Position numbers and translations under genes: made by a program. Below are positions 18,149-27,105 of a stretch of DNA of 64,000 nt, piece after piece; position 1 is the first letter of the stretch; every line of letters starts with the position of its first letter. The notes beneath the pieces were generated by a model, which was not told where the DNA came from, ran no database searches, and saw only the letters and a program-made list of their open reading frames with translations. The stretch lies in NCBI RefSeq assembly GCF_937863155.1, contig NZ_CALMFB010000054.1, positions 29,975 to 93,974 of the forward strand. Direction: 5' to 3'. The DNA comes from an uncultured Brevundimonas sp. GTDB lineage: Bacteria > Pseudomonadota > Alphaproteobacteria > Caulobacterales > Caulobacteraceae.

Positions 18149-18460
18149 TCACTGATGCGGGCAGCGCGACGAAATCTTCGTTCGGCTTAGCCAGGTGATC
18201 TGATGAAAGGTGCAACAGGCGATCAATCCCTGCCAGATCGGCCCTGCGATGGCGGGCGAAAGACCGGCCGCCGCCGCCGTCGCGTGAACTTTCTCAAACA
18301 CCTGGGCGACGCGAACCGGGTCGTGAACGGCGTCCGGCAGGCCCTTTATGGCCGCCGCCTGCTCCACCAGCCTCTGCCGTTCCGCCAGCAGCCGGACAAG
18401 CCGGCGATCCACGGCGTCGATCTGAACACGCACGTCGGCCAGGGTGACAGGCGGCGTCAT
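18149..18460 (-). CDS. AroQ/PchB-type chorismate mutase
   Basis: LADVRVQIDAVDRRLVRLLAERQRLVEQAAAIK...HDPVRVAQV; overlaps the ubiV stop. Confidence 0.75.
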   Translation of the reverse strand: MTPPVTLADVRVQIDAVDRRLVRLLAERQRLVEQAAAIKGLPDAVHDPVRVAQVFEKVHATAAAAGLSPAIAGPIWQGLIACCTFHQITWLSRTKISSRCPHQ

Positions 18461-19362
18461 GACGGCACAGGTTCGACGCCGGCCTGGCCGCGCAGATAGC
18501 CGCCGATGAAAGGGGCCGGCGGCTTTGCCTGCGCCACGGCTTCATGCAGGCCTGCGGCGTCCATCCGGCCGTCCAGAAAGCCGCGAAACGCCTCCGCGAC
18601 CTGAGCCATGTCCATATGATGCGGCGACAGGCGAAGGGCCGTGACGCCCGCTGTACGCAGATCGTCGGGCGGAAGATCGGCAAGCTGAACTCCATGCGAC
18701 AGGGTCTGGACGCCGTTCACCGCCAGGAAGGCGCGGCCGTCCAGGGTCCGCAGGTCCATGCCGTCCGGGTCCTGGTCGCAGACGAAACGGCAGGCGTCCT
18801 TGTGCAGGCCGTGGCTGCGGGCATGGTAGCAGCGCCCCGACAGGGCCAGGGGCAGGCGGCCGAAGGCGAACAGCTCGATCTCCAGCCCAGGACAGGCGGC
18901 GGCGATGGCGCCGACAGCCGCCAGCGACAGCTCGACATTGGCGCACAGACGCACGCAGCCGCGCGCGATCAGTTCCTGGGCCGCCCCTTCGTTGTAGATG
19001 TTCAGCAGGGGGCCGGCCACGAACGGGCCGACGCGGTCCTTCAGGGCCGAGACGTCGTTGATCTCGATCAGGGCGTCCGTTTCGGCGGACAGGACCTTGA
19101 TCGCTTTGCGGTCACGCAGCGTCGCCGGCAGGGCCAGGCCCGACCAGACCACCGTCTTGCCCGCCTCGGTCAGTCGTTCTGCGGCTTCGGCCAGCGCATG
19201 ATCGACCAGGGGCGCGCGCTTTCCGCACACCACCTCGCCCAGATAGACGCGGTCCACCGCCGCGCAATCGGCCATGCGGGCGTAGAAATCGCGGATGCGA
19301 TCGGCGGGCCAGTGAAACAGCAAAGGGCCCAGGGCGATCTCGATACGGGTCGGATCGGTCAT
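18457..19362 (-). CDS. ubiV: O2-independent ubiquinone biosynthesis protein UbiV (U32 family)
   Basis: IALGPLLFHW...YLGEVVCGKR; LSGRCYHAR...CRFVC Fe-S cysteines; true start 19362. Confidence 0.9.
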   Translation of the reverse strand: MTDPTRIEIALGPLLFHWPADRIRDFYARMADCAAVDRVYLGEVVCGKRAPLVDHALAEAAERLTEAGKTVVWSGLALPATLRDRKAIKVLSAETDALIEINDVSALKDRVGPFVAGPLLNIYNEGAAQELIARGCVRLCANVELSLAAVGAIAAACPGLEIELFAFGRLPLALSGRCYHARSHGLHKDACRFVCDQDPDGMDLRTLDGRAFLAVNGVQTLSHGVQLADLPPDDLRTAGVTALRLSPHHMDMAQVAEAFRGFLDGRMDAAGLHEAVAQAKPPAPFIGGYLRGQAGVEPVPS

Positions 19363-20351
19363 CGCCACCTCTTGCGATAGGCGCCGGTGGTCTCGCGCCC
19401 GCCCTCGGCCAGGTCGGTCAGCAGATGCTCGTAGGCGTCGGGCGATTCCCCCCGGTCGATGGCGTCGATGGCGGCGCGGAAGGCGGCGGCGACGCGGGCG
19501 ACATAGGCCTTGCCGCGCTGGCGCCCCTCGATCTTGACCGCCGTCACGCCGGCGCGTTTCAGCCCGCCCAGCAGGCTCATGGCGTTCAGGCTGACCGGAT
19601 CCTCGAACAGATAGGACAGGACGCCCCGCGCCTCGAACCGGCCCTTGCACAAGGTGGGGTAGCCCGCCGGGTCGCCGGGGGCGTAGCGATCCATGGCGAA
19701 GCCCGCCAGGCGCGACACCAGGGCGTCTTCCTCTTCGCTGTAGGACACGGCTTCGGGCGGCGAGCAGACGCCGCACAGGTTGGGCGAACGGCCCGCCGCA
19801 TAGGAGGACAGGGCGCACCGTCCCTCGGCCATGACGCACAGGCCGCCGAAGACGAAGGCCTCGGTCTCGACCTCGATCTCGCGCATCAGGGCGGCGATCT
19901 CCTCCACGCTCAGCACACGCGGCAGGACCACACGTTTCACACCATAGGCCTGGGCGTAGAAGGCGATGGCTTCGGGCGATCCGGCCGCGGCCTGAACCGA
20001 CAGATGCAGACGAAGATGCGGCCACGCCTCGCGCGCATAGGCCAGGACGCCCAGATCGGCCACGATCACCGCATCGGCGCCCGAAGCGGCGGCGGCGTCC
20101 AGCGACCGTCGCCAGCGATCGCTGCCGCCCGCCTGGGCGAAGGTGTTCACGGCCAACAACACCCTGGCCCCGTGACGGTGCGCCCAGGCCACGCTGTCCG
20201 ACAGCTCCTGGGGTGAGAAATTCAGGCCGGGGAAATTGCGCGCATTGGTGTCGTCGCGCAGGCCGCAATAGACGCTGTCGGCGCCCGCCTCGATCGCCGC
20301 GCGCAGCATGGCGGGCGACCCGGCCGGACAGACCAGTTCGATCGAACCCAC
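19359..20351 (-). CDS. ubiU: O2-independent ubiquinone biosynthesis protein UbiU (U32 family)
   Basis: ELVCPAG...TNARNFPGLNF; GLCVMAEGRCALSSY...CS; TLCKGRF; KIEGRQR. Confidence 0.92.
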   Translation of the reverse strand: MGSIELVCPAGSPAMLRAAIEAGADSVYCGLRDDTNARNFPGLNFSPQELSDSVAWAHRHGARVLLAVNTFAQAGGSDRWRRSLDAAAASGADAVIVADLGVLAYAREAWPHLRLHLSVQAAAGSPEAIAFYAQAYGVKRVVLPRVLSVEEIAALMREIEVETEAFVFGGLCVMAEGRCALSSYAAGRSPNLCGVCSPPEAVSYSEEEDALVSRLAGFAMDRYAPGDPAGYPTLCKGRFEARGVLSYLFEDPVSLNAMSLLGGLKRAGVTAVKIEGRQRGKAYVARVAAAFRAAIDAIDRGESPDAYEHLLTDLAEGGRETTGAYRKRWR

Positions 20352-20355
20352 GCCC

Positions 20356-20889
20356 TTACCCCTCTCTTGCGCGCAGCCGCGCCAATCCCGCCGACAGCAG
20401 GGCGCCGGTCCAGCGCCGCAGCGGATCCGGCAGGGGTAACAGGTCGGCGGTCGTCAGTTCGGCCGCCTCCAGCGTATTGTGCAGGGCGACCACAGCCTGG
20501 GTGTCGCCGGTGATGCGAATGCGCCGGGCGAAGAAGGCGGCGTCGGCGTCACAGGCGCCGTCGAACAAACCGATCAGAGTGGCCAGAGGCCCCGTGATCC
20601 GCGCGGCGGAGGGCCGCGCCGCATCATGACGCTCGACCTCCACCCGGCCCGCGCCGTGACCCGGACGCAGCCGAAAGGCGACGGGAAAGTCGGACGGGGC
20701 GACCACCAGATCGACGTCATTGGCCACGCCCAGTCGCTCGAACACCTCGGGCCGGCGCCGGCCCAGCGCACGCAGGGCGGCGGTCAGCATCCGTTCCGGT
20801 GGGTGGCGCAGGGTCATCAGCACCGTGACAGCCAGGCGTTCGCCGCGACCGCGCCCGTCAGACTTTGATCGACGCCGCCAGCCGCTCAC
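20356..20889 (-). CDS. ubiT: SCP2-domain accessory factor UbiT
   Basis: RRPEVFERLG...DADAAFFARRIRITGDTQAVVALHNTLE; GTGA overlap with the upstream stop; start uncertain. Confidence 0.82.
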   Translation of the reverse strand: MSGWRRRSKSDGRGRGERLAVTVLMTLRHPPERMLTAALRALGRRRPEVFERLGVANDVDLVVAPSDFPVAFRLRPGHGAGRVEVERHDAARPSAARITGPLATLIGLFDGACDADAAFFARRIRITGDTQAVVALHNTLEAAELTTADLLPLPDPLRRWTGALLSAGLARLRAREG

Positions 20890-22655
20890 GCCGCCGCCTC
20901 CAGGCCGGGGGCGATCTGACGCGCAATCAGATCGGCGAACTCCTGGAACAGGGTGTCGCGCGCGGCGGGGGCCGCCCAATAGGGGGTCATGAAGACGCAT
21001 CGGATCAGCACCAGGCCCGAGGCGTCGACTGTCCCGTTCCATCCCGCGACGTGCCGGGCGATGGCCGCCTTGCTGGTCGCGCCCAGGGTGGTCCGGGACA
21101 CCGAAAAGGTCGGCGACCTGTGAATGTCGTCGAACAGGGCCAGGGTCTGCTGATTGACGACCGACAGAGGCTGTCCCTCGGCCGCGATGCAGAAACAGGC
21201 GATGTTGCTGTCGACCGGGGCCAGGAAACGGGCCTGGGGAACCCGCGATCCGATGGCGGCCTGGAAGGCGCGGCGCACGGCGATCGTCTCGGCCAGGACC
21301 GCGCCCAGGCCCTCGGCGCAGAAGCCCAGGGTGCGCCCGGTCAGCCAGGTCGCCGCCGCCCCCGCCGCCGACCGCGATCCCTCCAGCGTCGAGGACCATT
21401 TGCCGTCGCCCAGCTCGGGGCGGTCCAGATAGGGCGCATCGAAGGTCGACACGGCATAGGCGACCGCATCGCGGGTCAGAAAGGCCCCGCAGGCATAGGG
21501 GGTATAGCCCAGCTTGTGCGGGTCGATGGTCAGGGACTCGGCCCGGCCCATGGCCGCCAGGGCCGTGCGGGTGCGGTCGTCGAAGGCCGCGCCGTCCAGG
21601 TCGATGGCCCGAAGGAAGCCGCCATAGGCCGCGTCCACGTGGCTCCAGACATGCAGGCCGTGTTCGCGCCGCAGGTCGTCCAGACGCGCCTGCCACCGGT
21701 CCATGGGGTCGATCTGGCCCGTCTCGGTCGTCCCGGCCACGGCGACCGTCATCAGGATCGGCCGGGCCTCGTCGCGGGCGCGCTGGATCAGCCGGTCCAG
21801 ATCGTCCAGGTCCATGCGGCCTTGGTCGTCCAGGGCGACGCTCCACAGCGAATCCTCGCCCAGCCCGAAGATGTTGACCGCCTTGCGCCACGAATAATGC
21901 GCCGCGCCGGGCGCCAGCAGCACCGGCCCGCGCCACGGCTGGGGCGTCAGACGGTCGATCCGTCGCCAGATGTCCATGGGGTTGCCCGCCGCCGCGCGTT
22001 CCGGGCGCAGGATGTCCTCGCTCAGGTCGTGCGCGGCCCACAGGCGGCGGAACGCGCCCCATCCCATGTGGGCGTCGGCGAACACGTCCAGCGGGCGGCC
22101 CTTCGTCTCGGCCAGGTGAAGCGCCAGTCCCAGCCACAGGTCCATGCGGTGCCGCGCGCGCCAGACGGCCTCCAGATTGGCGACCGTGCCGCCCGAGGTG
22201 AAATGCCCCTGGGCCGCGTCGGGATCGTAGCCCAGCATGCGCGCCAGCATGGCGATGGCCTCGGTCTCGATCACCGTGCCGACGCGGCTGGCCTCGCGCG
22301 AGGTGTTGTTGGGATTGTGCAGCATGGCCGCCAGCCAGCCCATCAGGGCCGGGGTCGAGATGTCGGCCTTCATGTGGCTGATGTACCGGGGGGTGCAGGT
22401 GGGCGTCTCGCTGGTCATCGCCCGGCACAGGGCGTCCAGTTCCACCGCCAGCTTGTCGCGCTGGGCGCCGGCGGCCGGGGAAACCGTCGTGGTGATGGCC
22501 GCGTCCTGGGGGAACAGGCTGCGCCGCCAGTTGAACCAGGCGTCCAGGACATGCCCCAGCGACGTCCGCATCCAGGCTTCGTTCTCGCCGTGCGGGCCTG
22601 GAAAATAGGCGCCGGCCAGATCCAGCGGCGAAGGGGCGGCGGGCGATGCGGTCAT
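20886..22655 (-). CDS. Group II PLP-dependent amino-acid decarboxylase
   Basis: RYISHM...NPNN..REAS, GHFTSGGTVAN, HYSWRK, AGTTETGQID, HVDAAYGG, SLTIDPHKLGY (PLP lysine). Confidence 0.88.
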   Translation of the reverse strand: MTASPAAPSPLDLAGAYFPGPHGENEAWMRTSLGHVLDAWFNWRRSLFPQDAAITTTVSPAAGAQRDKLAVELDALCRAMTSETPTCTPRYISHMKADISTPALMGWLAAMLHNPNNTSREASRVGTVIETEAIAMLARMLGYDPDAAQGHFTSGGTVANLEAVWRARHRMDLWLGLALHLAETKGRPLDVFADAHMGWGAFRRLWAAHDLSEDILRPERAAAGNPMDIWRRIDRLTPQPWRGPVLLAPGAAHYSWRKAVNIFGLGEDSLWSVALDDQGRMDLDDLDRLIQRARDEARPILMTVAVAGTTETGQIDPMDRWQARLDDLRREHGLHVWSHVDAAYGGFLRAIDLDGAAFDDRTRTALAAMGRAESLTIDPHKLGYTPYACGAFLTRDAVAYAVSTFDAPYLDRPELGDGKWSSTLEGSRSAAGAAATWLTGRTLGFCAEGLGAVLAETIAVRRAFQAAIGSRVPQARFLAPVDSNIACFCIAAEGQPLSVVNQQTLALFDDIHRSPTFSVSRTTLGATSKAAIARHVAGWNGTVDASGLVLIRCVFMTPYWAAPAARDTLFQEFADLIARQIAPGLEAAA

Positions 22656-22687
22656 GGGCGGTGCGTTCTCTGGCGTCGGTTGGGGGA

Positions 22688-23131
22688 TCACTGGGGCCGG
22701 GTGACGATCCAGGCGCCGACGCCGGTCAGGATCGGCGCAACACCGGCCAGGACCAGGACGGGCAGGCCCAGCCCCGCCATCGTCAGCCAGCTGCACGCCA
22801 GGCTGGCGACCGCGATCTGTTTGGCGCGGCGCGGAATGGCGCGACGGGCGCGCCAGTCGGCGATCAGCGGCCCCAGCCAGCGGTGGCCGCGCAGCCAGGC
22901 CTCCAGGCGGGGCGAAGACCGGGCGAAGGCCCAGACGGCGACCAGGGCGAACGGCGTCGCCGGCAACAGCGGCAGCATCACCCCCAGGATCGCCAGGGCG
23001 GCGGCGATCCAGCCCAGCAGCAACAGCATCACCCGGCCGCTGTGCGCCTGGCGCGCGCCGGGCCGACAATGACACTCGCTAAAGCCGCACAGGTCGTAGG
23101 GCGCGTCGCGTTCAACGGAGTCGTGGCTCAT
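22688..23131 (-). CDS. YbaN/DUF454 inner membrane protein
   Basis: GVMLPLLPATPFALVA.WAFARSSPRLEAWL..HRWLGPLIADW; start 23131 or 23029. Confidence 0.85.
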   Translation of the reverse strand: MSHDSVERDAPYDLCGFSECHCRPGARQAHSGRVMLLLLGWIAAALAILGVMLPLLPATPFALVAVWAFARSSPRLEAWLRGHRWLGPLIADWRARRAIPRRAKQIAVASLACSWLTMAGLGLPVLVLAGVAPILTGVGAWIVTRPQ

Positions 23132-23168
23132 CACCGCCAAAGGATCAGGCCGCGCGCGCCGGAACGCT

Positions 23169-23182
23169 TTGCGACGCATCAA
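23169..23182. promoter_or_regulatory. FNR/FixK-type box upstream of the ybaN-ubi operon
   Basis: TTGCG-ACGC-ATCAA (one perfect half site). Confidence 0.6.
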
Positions 23183-23304
23183 TTGCGACTGCGTGAAAGG
23201 GTCGCAGGACGGCTGGCGAAAGGCCGCGCCGTCTCGTACGATTCCCGACGGAGGCCGTTTTGCAGATCACCGCTCTAACAGGCGTCCGGCATGAGTGGAT
23301 ACGC

Positions 23305-24777
23305 ATGCTGGATCGAAGGCGGCCCTATGCGGCTCTGGCCGTGGCGGGCGTCGGCGCGCTTCTGGGCCTGCTCGTGCGGCTGGCGATGTCGGGCTATCTG
23401 GCCGACCGGGTCGCCTTTCTGTTCTTCATTCCGGGGATGCTGGCGGCGGCGGCGCTGGGCGGCGTCTTTCCGGGATTCGCCGCCACGATCCTGGGCGCCG
23501 CCGGGGCCGCCTTCATCACCTGGCGGATGGGATCGCATGGGGCGGGCGACGCGGCGGCGGTGCTGGTCTTCGTCATGCTGGGCATGGGCATCAGCGCGGC
23601 CGGCGAGGTGTTCCAGAGACTGCGCGACCAGGGGCTGGCGGCCCGGCGCGATCTGCACGCGAGAGAGGCGCACCTGCGTTCGATCCTGGACACGGTGCCG
23701 GACGCCATGGTCGTGATCGACGAGCGCGGCCTGATGCAGTCCTTCAGCCCCGCCGCCGAACGGATGTTCGGCTGGACCGCGGCGGAAATGATCGGCCGCA
23801 ACGTCAAGGTGCTGATGCCAGACCCGTACCGCACGGCGCACGACGGTTTCCTGACGCGTTATCTGACCACGGGCGAGCGCCGCATCATCGGCATCGGGCG
23901 CGTGGTGGTGGGCGAACGCAAGGACGGCTCGACCTTCCCGCTGGAGCTGGCGGTCGGCGAAATGGTGTCCGAGGGCCAGCGCTTCTTCACCGGCTTCATC
24001 CGCGACCTGACCGAACGGCAGAAGACCGAGACGCGGCTGCAGGAACTGCAGACCGAGCTGATCCATATCTCGCGCCTGACGGCCATGGGGGAAATGGCCT
24101 CGGCCCTGGCGCACGAACTGAACCAGCCCCTGTCGGCCACGGCCAACTATCTGAAGGGGTCCGTCAGGTTGCTGGACCAGGCCGACCTGCCCCGCGACCG
24201 GCTGGAGGACGCCCTGACCAAGGCCGGCGAACAGGTGCTGCGCGCCGGCGACATCATCCGGCGGCTGCGCGATTTCGTCTCGCGCGGCGAAACCGAACGG
24301 CGTCAGGAGAGCCTGGGCAAGCTGATCGAGGAAGCCGCCGCCCTGGCTCTTGTCGGGGCCAAGGATCATGGCGTGCACGTGCGGTTCGCGCTGGACCCCT
24401 CGGTGGATCGGGCGCTGGTCGATCGCGTGCAGATCCAGCAGGTGATGCTGAACCTGATCCGCAACGCCATCGAGGCCATGGACGAGGTGCAGGGGCCACG
24501 GTCCCTGTCGATCCATCTGGAACCCGGACCGCCCGGAATGGCGCAGGTCATGGTAGCCGATACCGGCCCCGGCGTCAGCGAGGCCGTGACCGCCCAGCTG
24601 TTCCAGCCCTTCATCACCAGCAAGCCGACCGGCATGGGCGTCGGGCTGTCGATCAGCCGCACCATAATCGAGGCCCACGGTGGGCGAATCTGGGTCGAGA
24701 CGCCTAGTGAAGGCGGGGCGCGTTTCTGCTTCACCCTGCCGATGAGCCGAGAGGAGGATTTGGGCGATGACCGATAG
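23305..24777 (+). CDS. fixL: Heme-PAS oxygen sensor kinase FixL
   Basis: N-terminal TMs; PAS ...[37 protein letters not shown]; H-box LAHELNQPL; [18 protein letters not shown]. Confidence 0.93.
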   Translation: MLDRRRPYAALAVAGVGALLGLLVRLAMSGYLADRVAFLFFIPGMLAAAALGGVFPGFAATILGAAGAAFITWRMGSHGAGDAAAVLVFVMLGMGISAAGEVFQRLRDQGLAARRDLHAREAHLRSILDTVPDAMVVIDERGLMQSFSPAAERMFGWTAAEMIGRNVKVLMPDPYRTAHDGFLTRYLTTGERRIIGIGRVVVGERKDGSTFPLELAVGEMVSEGQRFFTGFIRDLTERQKTETRLQELQTELIHISRLTAMGEMASALAHELNQPLSATANYLKGSVRLLDQADLPRDRLEDALTKAGEQVLRAGDIIRRLRDFVSRGETERRQESLGKLIEEAAALALVGAKDHGVHVRFALDPSVDRALVDRVQIQQVMLNLIRNAIEAMDEVQGPRSLSIHLEPGPPGMAQVMVADTGPGVSEAVTAQLFQPFITSKPTGMGVGLSISRTIIEAHGGRIWVETPSEGGARFCFTLPMSREEDLGDDR

Positions 24778-25381
24778 GCCGGTGATCCATGTCGTCGACG
24801 ACGATCCGGCCATGCGCGACTCGCTGGCCTTCCTGCTGGAAGCCGCCGGACTGCAACCCCGGCTTTATGAATCCGGTCTGGCGCTGTTGGGGTCCGTGGC
24901 CGAAGGCGAGCTTGAGGACGGGTGCATCCTGACCGACGTCCGCATGCCGGGCATGGACGGGCTGGATCTGGTGCGACGCCTGATCCAGCGCGGCGTCCCC
25001 CAGCCGATCATCGTCATGACGGGCCATGCCGACGTGCCCCTGGCGGTCGAGGCGATGCGGGCGGGGGTGGCGGATTTCATCGAGAAGCCGTTCGACGACG
25101 TGACGCTGATGGCCGCCATCGAGCGAGCCATGAACGGTGTCGGCGCGCCGCCTCCCACCCGCGTCGATCAGGACGTGCGCGCGCGCCTGGACGCCCTGTC
25201 GTCGCGCGAACGTCAGGTGCTGGACGGACTGGTGGCCGGTCAGGCGAACAAGGCCATCGCCTTCGACCTGGGCATCAGCGCACGCACGGTCGAAGTCTAT
25301 CGCGCCAATGTCATGACCAAGATGCAGGCCCGCAGCCTGCCCGAGCTGATCCGCATGGCCTTGCTGGGCCGCCGGTCATAG
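24767..25381 (+). CDS. fixJ: Response regulator FixJ
   Basis: REC plus LuxR HTH; [11 protein letters not shown]; [19 protein letters not shown]. Confidence 0.93.
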   Translation: MTDRPVIHVVDDDPAMRDSLAFLLEAAGLQPRLYESGLALLGSVAEGELEDGCILTDVRMPGMDGLDLVRRLIQRGVPQPIIVMTGHADVPLAVEAMRAGVADFIEKPFDDVTLMAAIERAMNGVGAPPPTRVDQDVRARLDALSSRERQVLDGLVAGQANKAIAFDLGISARTVEVYRANVMTKMQARSLPELIRMALLGRRS

Positions 25382-25765
25382 GCGCGGCTGCAGCGCCCGC
25401 CGCACCGCCGTCAGCAGGGCGTCGCTGAGCAGGGGCTTTTCGACGATCGGCGTCCCGCAGGCCGCCGCCCGCGCGCGCAGGGCCGGACCGGGATTGCTGG
25501 TCACCAATATGGCCGGAAGACGCACCGCCGCCGCGCGAAGACGGCCCAGCAGGCTGAGCCCGTCCATGCCGGGCAGGTGATGGTCCAGCACCAGACAGCC
25601 GTGTTCGGGAAGCGCCCCCGCCGCCAGCAGCGTCTCGGCGTCGCCATAGGCGCGGACATCCAGACCCTCCAGCCCGAACGAAAACGCCAGCGCGTGCGCC
25701 AGGGCTTCGTCGTCATCCACCAGGATGACGATGGGACGCACGGGCACGGGCGCGGGCGCGCTCAT
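25376..25765 (-). CDS. Single-domain receiver protein (FixT-like)
   Basis: LVDDDE...CLVLDHHLPGMDG...IVEKP; ATGA-coupled to fixK. Confidence 0.8.
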   Translation of the reverse strand: MSAPAPVPVRPIVILVDDDEALAHALAFSFGLEGLDVRAYGDAETLLAAGALPEHGCLVLDHHLPGMDGLSLLGRLRAAAVRLPAILVTSNPGPALRARAAACGTPIVEKPLLSDALLTAVRRALQPRL

Positions 25766-26457
25766 TCCCGCAGCGCTTCGAGACGGTCGCGACGCAGCAG
25801 GCGCACATGCCGGCTGGACCGCGCCGCGATCAGCCCCTCGGCCTGCAACTGCGACAGGGTGCGCGAGACGGTGTGAATGGTCAGGCCCAGATGGTCGGCG
25901 ATGTCCTGGCGGCTCATGGGCAGGTCGATCACATCGGCCGCCTCGACCCGGTCGGCATAGTCCAGCAGGAAGGTGGCGACCCGCTCGGTCGCGCCCTGGC
26001 GCGCCAGGATCATGGCGTGGTCCTCGCTGCGCTGGAAGGCGCGCAGCGACATCCGCCACAGCGCGCGCGTCAGCCCGCCATCGATCGCCGCCAGGGCCGA
26101 CAGCCGGGCGCGACGCAGCACCGAGGCCGTCACCGGCCCCAGCGCCTGGGCATGGGTGCGATAGTCGACGCTGGCCTCCAGCCCCAGGAAATCACCCGGC
26201 AGATAGAAGCCCGTCACCTGCCGGCGCCCATCGGCGTACAGCCGATAGGTGATCACCGCGCCCTCGCTGATGCGATAGACGAAGGACGCCGGCTCGCCGG
26301 GGCTGAAGATATCCTCGCCGGCGGCGAAATGCGCGTGGGCGGCCGAACGATCCATGAAGGCCGCCGCCAGCTCGCACGGCTTGTGCGCAGCATTGATGCT
26401 GGGCGCGGCGGGTGGCGCATAGGTCGGACGGTAAGCGACGGATTGAACGCCAGCCAT
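25762..26457 (-). CDS. fixK: Crp/Fnr regulator, FixK-like (no N-terminal Cys cluster)
   Basis: DGRRQVTGFYLPGDFLG; LPMSRQDIADHLGLTIHTVSR; adjacent to fixLJ. Confidence 0.8.
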   Translation of the reverse strand: MAGVQSVAYRPTYAPPAAPSINAAHKPCELAAAFMDRSAAHAHFAAGEDIFSPGEPASFVYRISEGAVITYRLYADGRRQVTGFYLPGDFLGLEASVDYRTHAQALGPVTASVLRRARLSALAAIDGGLTRALWRMSLRAFQRSEDHAMILARQGATERVATFLLDYADRVEAADVIDLPMSRQDIADHLGLTIHTVSRTLSQLQAEGLIAARSSRHVRLLRRDRLEALRE

Positions 26458-26532
26458 GGGTTTTCTCCAGCGGCGGAAACGATGCCGCTGACCCTAGGGC
26501 TGCGCGCCCGGCAGACCATTCGGGAATGGCGC

Positions 26533-26546
26533 CTAAGGGATTTCCC
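26533..26546. promoter_or_regulatory. Possible FixJ-binding site upstream of fixK
   Basis: CTAAGGGATTTCCC resembles the rhizobial fixK-promoter FixJ site as recalled; not verified. Confidence 0.35.
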
Positions 26547-26559
26547 GGAGGCGGCCGGC

Positions 26560-27024
26560 CTAGCCCAACTGATCCAGCAGGGCGTTGAACCGCCGACGCG
26601 CCAGGACCGGCGTCCGGGCGACCGCGGCGCGCATGGCCGCCAGATTGGGCCACGACCGTCCCACCGCGATCACCGCCACCATGCCCATGCCGTAGTGGGG
26701 CGCGCATTTGATCCCATAGACGCCCGGCCGGTCGACCCTCAGCTCGAACACGGCGTTGATGGCGCCGCGCCCGCCGGTGGCGCCGTCGGGCAGCATGGTC
26801 GCCAGGGTCTCGGCGTTGTGGCTGGGATCGGTCGGTACGAAACGGATCACGTCGCCCGGCTGGGCGCGGATCAGGGCCGGCTCGAACACCATGGCGCCGG
26901 CCGCCCCGCGGCTCAGCATCCTGACCTCGCGCACGGCGGCGCGCGCGGCGGATGCCACGCCCAGGGCGGGCGCAAGCATAAGGCCGCCCAGCGAAAGCAG
27001 GGCGTGACGACGATGCCAGGACAT
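26560..27024 (-). CDS. paz: Pseudoazurin (type 1 copper protein)
   Basis: MVFEPA...PGD..RFVPTDPSHN; KCAPHYGMGM (His/Cys/His/Met ligands); RR signal peptide. Confidence 0.88.
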   Translation of the reverse strand: MSWHRRHALLSLGGLMLAPALGVASAARAAVREVRMLSRGAAGAMVFEPALIRAQPGDVIRFVPTDPSHNAETLATMLPDGATGGRGAINAVFELRVDRPGVYGIKCAPHYGMGMVAVIAVGRSWPNLAAMRAAVARTPVLARRRFNALLDQLG

Positions 27025-27105
27025 GGTGATTTCTCCGGGAAGGAACAGCGCCAGACAGTCTGGCCGTCCGTGCGTCCCATGGCTTTGAGACGCCGCAAGA
27101 CCGGC

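Noticed and set aside
18457-20268. 603-aa ORF that looks like a long UbiV fusion
   Set aside because: The N-terminal half is an alternative frame over ubiU. The real ubiV starts at 19362 with an ATGA overlap.
20356-22428. 690-aa ORF ending in the SCP2 domain
   Set aside because: Only the last ~177 aa (ubiT) are protein-like; the rest overlaps the decarboxylase in another frame.
20886-22655. PLP decarboxylase as a direct UbiD/UbiX replacement
   Set aside because: PLP chemistry needs a substrate amine, which prenyl-4-hydroxybenzoate lacks; kept only as an unexplained operon member.
23030-23131. Cys-rich N-terminal extension of YbaN (LCGFSECHC) as an Fe-S or O2 sensor
   Set aside because: The start codon is ambiguous (23131 vs 23029), so the segment may be untranslated; conservation cannot be checked here.
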